Program-made: the position numbers and the translations under genes
The notes under the pieces: generated by a model
Database searches by the model: none
The model's input: only the letters and a program-made list of their open reading frames with translations
What the model was told of the DNA's origin: nothing
From: an uncultured Acidimicrobiales bacterium
GTDB taxonomy: Bacteria > Actinomycetota > Acidimicrobiia > Acidimicrobiales > SHLQ01
Direction: 5' to 3'
DNA: 64,000 bases
Assembly (NCBI GenBank): GCA_905479685.1
Contig: CAJQNJ010000008.1
Coordinates: forward strand, 10,488-74,487
Shown here: piece after piece, positions 58,279 through 64,000 of the stretch
How the letters are laid out: every line of letters starts with the position of its first letter
How positions within the stretch are numbered: the stretch's first letter is position 1

Positions 58279-58728
58279 TTAGGTGGGATCAGCAACAACG
58301 AGGTCGAACTCGACCACTGCACCATTGGGGCCTGTGTACCGAAACCCTCGGATCACCGGAGCGAATCCCTGCATCGAGACGATCACGTGGACGAAGTTGC
58401 CGGTTGGGTCATACCGCTGCGCATCGCGTACATCGCGTGGGGACGGAGCAGCCTCGGACGTCGGATGGGAATGCATGACACCGACGACTTGCCCGCCCGA
58501 CGCATCGATCGCCTCCTCGGCGTCGATCATCGACTGACCATCGAGGGCGAACGCAGTCGGTGACCGTAACTCGTTCAACACTGGATGGACTCCCGTGACG
58601 ATCACGGACCCACCGTGGGACCGCTCGACTGTCCCGGCGAGTAACGCACATGCTTCGTTCGGAAGTGCGGCGCGGGCGATCGACGCGCATCGTTGCCAGA
58701 GATCATCGGACAGACGAAGAATGGCCAT
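58279..58728 (-). CDS. JAMM/MPN+ (Mov34) metalloprotease, Mec-like
   Basis: NEACALLAG (Glu motif) and HSHPTSEAAPSPRD (HxHx7Sx2D JAMM motif). Confidence 0.85.
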   Translation of the reverse strand: MAILRLSDDLWQRCASIARAALPNEACALLAGTVERSHGGSVIVTGVHPVLNELRSPTAFALDGQSMIDAEEAIDASGGQVVGVMHSHPTSEAAPSPRDVRDAQRYDPTGNFVHVIVSMQGFAPVIRGFRYTGPNGAVVEFDLVVADPT

Positions 58729-58750
58729 CTCGCAAGGTTACGATCGTTGT

Positions 58751-59284
58751 GTGTCGACCAAGAAGGCGAACAAGCGCACAAAGAACGGGAAGCAAAAACC
58801 CGGCGTCACTGGTCTCGACAAGAAGATCGTGGCCACGAACCGGCGCGCCCGCCGAGACTACGAGATCACCGACACCTTCGAGTGCGGCATGGTGCTGCGC
58901 GGGTCCGAGGTCAAGTCATTGCGAGAGTCTCAGGTACAGATGACCGAAGCATACGGTCGAATCGATGACGGAGAGCTTTGGCTCCTCGGTCTCAACATTT
59001 CACCCTATGCCTCCACCGGCTCTGCGTCGTTTGGTCATGTTCCCGATCGGCATCGCAAGCTGCTTCTCCACCGCACCGAACTCGACCGTATCGAGGCTCG
59101 CGTACAGCGGGAGCGGCTGGCGCTCATCCCCCTGTCCATCTACTTCATTGGCGGACGCGCAAAGGTAGAGATAGGAATCGGCCGAGGAAAGAAGGAATTC
59201 GACCGACGCCACGACATCGCTAAACGAGATGCTGACCGCGAGGCCGAGCGTGCAATGTCGAAGGCAAATCACCGCCGATACTGA
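58751..59284 (+). CDS. smpB: SsrA-binding protein
   Basis: [31 protein letters not shown]..., [23 protein letters not shown] 58751 is preferred. ATG 58721 would overlap the divergent JAMM start. Confidence 0.9.
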   Translation: MSTKKANKRTKNGKQKPGVTGLDKKIVATNRRARRDYEITDTFECGMVLRGSEVKSLRESQVQMTEAYGRIDDGELWLLGLNISPYASTGSASFGHVPDRHRKLLLHRTELDRIEARVQRERLALIPLSIYFIGGRAKVEIGIGRGKKEFDRRHDIAKRDADREAERAMSKANHRRY

Positions 59285-59306
59285 ACAATTCCGAGGAGAA
59301 CACGCC

Positions 59307-60926
59307 GTGATCAACGAGACACCGCAGTGGCACGCGTTGATCAGCCACCACGAGGAGCTGGCGTCGACGAGCTTGCGCGACCTCTTCTCGGCTGATCCTG
59401 ACCGCGCCGAGTCACTGACGGTCGAGGTCGACGGACTCATCGCCGATCTCTCGAAGCATCTCATCGACGATGTCACGGTCGATCTTCTCGTCGAGCTGGC
59501 AGAAGCCGCAGGGCTACCCGACCGCATCGCCGGTATGTTTCGGGGAGATCACATCAACACGACCGAAGACCGGGCCGTTCTGCACACTGCGTTACGGCTG
59601 CCCCGAGATGCTTCGCTCGAGGTCGACGGCCAAGACGTCATCGGCGACGTCCATGGCGTCCTCGATCACATGGCGCAGTTCGCAGAGGATGTGCGAGACG
59701 GCACCTGGCGCGGCCACTCCGGAGAACGCATCAAAACAGTGGTGAACATTGGTATCGGCGGCTCGGACCTCGGCCCGTACATGGCGTACCGAGCGTTGAT
59801 GGCGTATCGGCACGAGTCGATCGAAGCCCGCTTCGTGTCCAACGTCGACGGCACACATTTGCACCAGGCCCTCGAAGGACTCGACCCGGAAACCACGCTC
59901 TTCATCGTCGCGTCGAAGACCTTCACGACGCTCGAAACTCTCGCCAACGCGAAAAGCGCGCGAGCGTGGCTCCTTGATGGTCTCGGTGCCGACGAGTCAT
60001 CGATTGCGAAACACTTCGTAGCGTTGTCCACCAATGCGGAGGGTGTGGCGGCGTTCGGGATCGACACGGCGAACATGTTCGAGTTCTGGGACTGGGTGGG
60101 TGGCCGGTACAGCATGGATGCCGCAATCGGCCTCTCGGTCATGGTCGCGATCGGTCCCGAGAACTTCCACGACATGCTTGCGGGATTCCACTCGATGGAT
60201 CAACACTTCAGGCACGCACCACTTCGTGAGAACCTTCCAGCACTGCTTGGGTTGATCGGTATCTGGTATCGAAACTTCTTCGATTGGCCCTCCCACGCCG
60301 TTCTCCCATACTCACAGCTGCTCGACCGCTTCCCGGCCTATCTGCAGCAGCTCGACATGGAGAGCAATGGGAAACGAACGACCCTCGGTGGCGAAGTTGT
60401 CGACTACGAGACGGGCAGCATCGTATGGGGCGAGCCCGGGACGAACGGACAACACGCCTTCTACCAGCTGATCCATCAGGGGACCACGCCCGTGCCAGCA
60501 GACTTCATCGGGTTTCTGTCCCCTGACTTCGACGACATCGATCATCACGACGCCCTCATGGCAAATCTCTTTGCGCAGGCCGAGGCGTTGGCGTTCGGCA
60601 AGACCGTCGAAGAACTTCGGGTCGAAGGTGTCGACGAGTCCCTCGTCTCGCACAAGAGTTTTCCGGGCAACCGACCAAGCACGATGTTGATCTCGGGCCG
60701 TCTGACCCCTTACGTGCTCGGTCAACTCGTGTCACTCTACGAACATCGCACGTTCACGCAGGGTGTCGTCTGGGGAGTCAACAGCTTTGATCAATGGGGA
60801 GTCGAGCTCGGAAAGGTGCTGGCAATGGCCATCATCCCTGAGTTGACCGAAGCCACAGCCCCACTCGAGCACGACTCTTCGACCAATGCGCTGATCGAGC
60901 GGTATCGAAAGCATCGAATGATGTAG
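59307..60926 (+). CDS. pgi: Glucose-6-phosphate isomerase
   Basis: GTG 59307 after [47 protein letters not shown]. Confidence 0.95.
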   Translation: MINETPQWHALISHHEELASTSLRDLFSADPDRAESLTVEVDGLIADLSKHLIDDVTVDLLVELAEAAGLPDRIAGMFRGDHINTTEDRAVLHTALRLPRDASLEVDGQDVIGDVHGVLDHMAQFAEDVRDGTWRGHSGERIKTVVNIGIGGSDLGPYMAYRALMAYRHESIEARFVSNVDGTHLHQALEGLDPETTLFIVASKTFTTLETLANAKSARAWLLDGLGADESSIAKHFVALSTNAEGVAAFGIDTANMFEFWDWVGGRYSMDAAIGLSVMVAIGPENFHDMLAGFHSMDQHFRHAPLRENLPALLGLIGIWYRNFFDWPSHAVLPYSQLLDRFPAYLQQLDMESNGKRTTLGGEVVDYETGSIVWGEPGTNGQHAFYQLIHQGTTPVPADFIGFLSPDFDDIDHHDALMANLFAQAEALAFGKTVEELRVEGVDESLVSHKSFPGNRPSTMLISGRLTPYVLGQLVSLYEHRTFTQGVVWGVNSFDQWGVELGKVLAMAIIPELTEATAPLEHDSSTNALIERYRKHRMM

Positions 60927-60944
60927 TCCACGAACGAGGTCATC

Positions 60945-62558
60945 GTGTCAACCACATGGAAGTCCATTTCCGTCAGCTCGCCGGAAGATCGCCGAGCTGA
61001 CGTCATCGTCATCGGCTCGGGAGCCGCTGGCCAGAGCGTCGCAAAGCGGCTTGCTGCATCAAACGCCGATGTTCTGCTTGTCGAAGCGGGACCTGCATCG
61101 GAGACACATCGAAAGAGCCAGGAGCTTCTACAGGCAGCGATGCCTGGGGTGCACGGGCAATATCCGGATTTTGGCGGCCACCTGCTCATGAACCTCGGTG
61201 GTTCGATCGGCAAGCCACAGATGCCGATGAGTGCCGACGATACGCAGCCGTCCGAAGGAATTCGTTTGACCAAACTGGTCGACGCCGATCTCACCGACTG
61301 GCCAATTACGAGATCCGATCTCGATCCCTACTACGACCTCGTGAGCAGCTGGTTCGGTATGGACTGGGATCGAGACGTTGTCGAATTCGATGACCCACGA
61401 CTACAGGCCGCGCCATTCCAGGTGGTGTCTCGGCGAGCCTTCTCTCACCCAACCGAGGAGCACCTTGCAGGTATCCGGGTTCTGCTGGACGCACCGGTCT
61501 CGAAGCTGAACATCGACCCTTCCGGCCGGATTCGGAGCGCGGAGGTCACGACGACGCAGGGAGAAACGCACATTCTGGAGGCCGACACGTTCGTGCTCGC
61601 CATGAACACGATGCCGGCCACCCAACTGCTGATGCACAGCGGTGCAGGACAGAGCAGCGGAGCGCTCGGGCACTATCTCATGGACCACCCGCTCGTCACC
61701 TTCGGATACATCGAGCCTGCGGCCGATCTCCCACGAGACATGCTCGATGCGCTCACCCCGCAGCCCATCGAAGCGGGGCTCTCGTGGCCCATGCTCGTCC
61801 CCGATCAGACCGCAGTGGCAAACGACGAACTCGTCAACCTGGCACTCACACTCGTCCCCCTCAAGTGGACGGTGCGACGAAACCTTGCCCGGCATCGCAT
61901 GCTGAAGCCCGTCGTGGTTGGAGCACGCACCGGTGCCAAACACAGCTTGGATCGGGCGGTCACCTCTGTGAAGAATCGAGAGTTCGGAACCGATCTGGTC
62001 AAAGATGTGCTGCAATCGGCACGCGGAATCGACGAACTTCTCCACATCAAGTTCCGCCCCAACGGTCCGGAGTTCAACCTCGAGAGGGGCTGGTGGAAGG
62101 ACACGATCAGCGACTCGCTACCGGAGACCTTCGAACTCATCGGCATGGTGGAACAGCGCGGCCGATACGAGAACCACGTCAGCATGAGCGACGAGCGAAA
62201 TTCGCTCGGTTGGCGCAAGCTCCGCGTCAACTGGCAATACACCCAAGAGGACAAGGACGCCGTGGATCGTGCTGCCACTCCGATCATGGATGCTCTCGAA
62301 GATGCCGGATTCGGCCACATCACGAGACTCGACGCTGCGAAACACACCGAGAACTATTCGTGCCACCATGCATCGGGCACGATCCGCATGTCGGAAGACC
62401 CGGCGCAGGGCGTCGTTGACGAACAATGCCGGGCCCACGATCACGAGAACCTCTATGTGGTTGGTATGTCGGTCTTTCCATCGGTGGGGTACGCGAACCC
62501 AACGCTGAGCGCGATGGCTCTAGGAGTGAGGGTCGCAGACCACATTCTTGCCACGTGA
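60945..62558 (+). CDS. GMC-family FAD-dependent oxidoreductase
   Basis: DVIVIGSGAAGQSVAKRLA...LLVEAG FAD fold. C-terminal HHASGTIRM...NLYVVGMSVFPS. Confidence 0.8.
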   Translation: MSTTWKSISVSSPEDRRADVIVIGSGAAGQSVAKRLAASNADVLLVEAGPASETHRKSQELLQAAMPGVHGQYPDFGGHLLMNLGGSIGKPQMPMSADDTQPSEGIRLTKLVDADLTDWPITRSDLDPYYDLVSSWFGMDWDRDVVEFDDPRLQAAPFQVVSRRAFSHPTEEHLAGIRVLLDAPVSKLNIDPSGRIRSAEVTTTQGETHILEADTFVLAMNTMPATQLLMHSGAGQSSGALGHYLMDHPLVTFGYIEPAADLPRDMLDALTPQPIEAGLSWPMLVPDQTAVANDELVNLALTLVPLKWTVRRNLARHRMLKPVVVGARTGAKHSLDRAVTSVKNREFGTDLVKDVLQSARGIDELLHIKFRPNGPEFNLERGWWKDTISDSLPETFELIGMVEQRGRYENHVSMSDERNSLGWRKLRVNWQYTQEDKDAVDRAATPIMDALEDAGFGHITRLDAAKHTENYSCHHASGTIRMSEDPAQGVVDEQCRAHDHENLYVVGMSVFPSVGYANPTLSAMALGVRVADHILAT

Positions 62559-62588
62559 GGTGGACGACTTCCACAAAACTGGAGCCGG

Positions 62589-63869
62589 TTACTGCTCCTC
62601 GAAGATCTGCAGAACACCCGAATAGTTACTCACCCAAACATTCGCCGTATTCGGATCGACCGTGATGCCGATGGGTTTGTCGGCGGTCCGAATTTCCTGG
62701 ATCTCTTCCATGTCCGTGGTCATGACCTTCGACATCGTGTCGGAGTTGTAATTGACGACGTACAGCGCCGACCCATCGCTCGAGATCGCCATCGATCGCG
62801 GTGCGTTGCCGGTTTGTACACGCTCGATGACCTCGTTGGTCTCGAGGTCGATCTTGATGACCCGCCCCTCGCCGTTGAGCGTTGCATACAGGTACTTGTC
62901 ATCAGGGCTGAGGACGACACTTCTCGGTCCCCGTCCTACCCCTTCGATCCACTCGATCTCGAGATCGGTCCCCCATTCACCAATGACGGCCTCGACCGAG
63001 TTGGGCGGAATGATCTGAGTCTCCGGACGCTCGATGTCTTCGAGCGGGATGATCGCGATGTCAGATCCACCCATCTCGGTCACGTACGCACGTGAGGAAT
63101 CACTCGCGATCGCAATTCCGCGCGGATGGCGGCCGATATCGATCCGAGCGATCTCCCTGGCGTACTCGGTGTCGACGATGCTCAGGTCGTAGCTGCACCA
63201 GTTGGTCACCAGGACATAACGGTCATCGGGGCTCACCGCCAGGAACTTGGGGACAGCTCCCACTTCGATGACCTGGTCGATCTCGAGCAGTTCGGTGTCG
63301 ACTCGGTACAGGAAGCTGTTGTCCCATCCTGAATCTGCGCAGCCGTCCCCTGGCTCACGACCAAATCCCGGTCCATACATGGCGTAGTTGGACACGTACA
63401 CGTAGCGACCGTCGCTGGTTGACGCCGCCTCGACCGGGGCGCCCCGTGCGACCACACCATTCGGCACACCGAACTGTGCGAGGTCGACGCGATCATCGAT
63501 CGTCTTGAGCAACGATCCTTGCTGGTCGTACACGGTCACCGTGTGCCGGTACATCATGTTTTGCGCGAAGAACAGACCCGTGGGGGTGGCGGTCACCGAC
63601 TTGGGCGAGATGTTGCCAGAGACGGAATCGACCTTGGACAGTGCACGTTCGGCGAGCGGAATCGTACTCGTCGTCGTTGTGGTCGTCGTGGTCGGAGCCG
63701 CCGTGGTCGTCGTCGTGGGAGCAACCGTGGTCGTGGTCGGAGCAACCGTGGTCGTCGCCGCAACCGTCGTTGTCGGCAGCGGGGCAGCAACAACTTCCTC
63801 GGCCTGGCTCTTGAAGAGCCAACCGAGCACCCCGACGGCGAGCAAGGCGCCAATCAGGCCCAGATACAA
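62589..63869 (-). CDS. Membrane-anchored beta-propeller repeat protein (YVTN/YncE-like) with Thr/Pro linker. Possibly 5'-truncated by the window end
   Basis: TM LYLGLIGALLAVGVLGWLF, a PT-rich linker, and repeated YVxNxxS blades (YVSNYAMY, LVTNWCSY, YVVNYNSD, WVSNYSG). The ORF-track start is a TTG and the frame stays open to position 63998. Confidence 0.8.
   Translation of the reverse strand: MYLGLIGALLAVGVLGWLFKSQAEEVVAAPLPTTTVAATTTVAPTTTTVAPTTTTTAAPTTTTTTTTSTIPLAERALSKVDSVSGNISPKSVTATPTGLFFAQNMMYRHTVTVYDQQGSLLKTIDDRVDLAQFGVPNGVVARGAPVEAASTSDGRYVYVSNYAMYGPGFGREPGDGCADSGWDNSFLYRVDTELLEIDQVIEVGAVPKFLAVSPDDRYVLVTNWCSYDLSIVDTEYAREIARIDIGRHPRGIAIASDSSRAYVTEMGGSDIAIIPLEDIERPETQIIPPNSVEAVIGEWGTDLEIEWIEGVGRGPRSVVLSPDDKYLYATLNGEGRVIKIDLETNEVIERVQTGNAPRSMAISSDGSALYVVNYNSDTMSKVMTTDMEEIQEIRTADKPIGITVDPNTANVWVSNYSGVLQIFEEQ
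63691..63775. repeat. In-frame 21-nt tandem repeats (about 4 copies) encoding the TTTVAPT-type linker
   Basis: ggagcaaccgtggtcgtggtc at 63718-63738 and ggagcaaccgtggtcgtcgcc at 63739-63759, with degenerate copies on each side. Confidence 0.7.
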
Positions 63870-64000
63870 GAACCCAGAGGAAGATCTCGACGGGTCTGTG
63901 GTGCCCCCGCTCGATGATGACCGGTCGCCTTGACCCTGAGGTTGAGGGCGCGAAACCTGCGGCGGCGACTCGGGCGGCCGTTTGCGGGGCCCTGGACGAG

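Noticed and set aside
58595-59307. tmRNA (ssrA) next to smpB
   Set aside because: There is no tRNA-like acceptor/T-arm (GGTTCGAnTCC ... CCA-type end) near smpB, and the flanks are fully coding (JAMM, pgi).

Overview
High-GC, actinobacterial-type chromosomal segment that is densely coding: about 55 CDS and one tRNA-Leu(UAG). I found no rRNA, CRISPR array, integrase, transposase or prophage genes, and no DNA-binding transcription factor. Layout: (i) 1-14.5 kb is a catabolic island with a split sulfopyruvate/phosphonopyruvate-decarboxylase-like TPP enzyme, two acetolactate-synthase-like TPP enzymes, a hotdog (MaoC) pair, acyl-CoA dehydrogenase, cyclase-family hydrolase, CitE-like lyase, Gfo/Idh/MocA oxidoreductase, family III CoA-transferase, luciferase-like oxidoreductase and an ADP-forming acyl-CoA synthetase. 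(ii) 14.6-23 kb is mixed housekeeping (prolyl aminopeptidase, GH13 alpha-glucosidase, cytosine deaminase, FHA-adenylate cyclase, DHPS-like protein, hydrolase, MetY, PlsC). (iii) 23-33 kb holds acetoacetyl-CoA synthetase, MaoC, a fused indolepyruvate:ferredoxin oxidoreductase, a Pro/Ser-rich protein, an aldehyde dehydrogenase and a lipoprotein SBP. (iv) 33-41.7 kb is a peptide-utilisation cluster (DmpA-type peptidase, SDR, Dpp/Opp-type ABC transporter, M20 peptidase), preceded by a lone WXG-motif helical protein. (v) 41.7-45.9 kb is a stand-alone FHA-fused triple-P-loop FtsK/SpoIIIE (EssC/EccC-like) ATPase. (vi) 46-64 kb is core genes (RNA methyltransferase, rpe, clpP, tRNA-Leu, PAS-GGDEF-EAL, rdgB, rph, M50/CBS protease, beta-CASP hydrolase, MBL hydrolase, murI, JAMM protein, smpB, pgi, GMC oxidoreductase, beta-propeller protein). 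The best candidates for something undescribed are the orphan EssC-like motor with the distant WXG-like protein, the unassigned CoA-ester/TPP catabolic island, and three structured repeat-bearing non-coding stretches (3271-3419, 47947-48346, 54741-55169). All functional calls come from reading motifs in the supplied translations. No database search was run.
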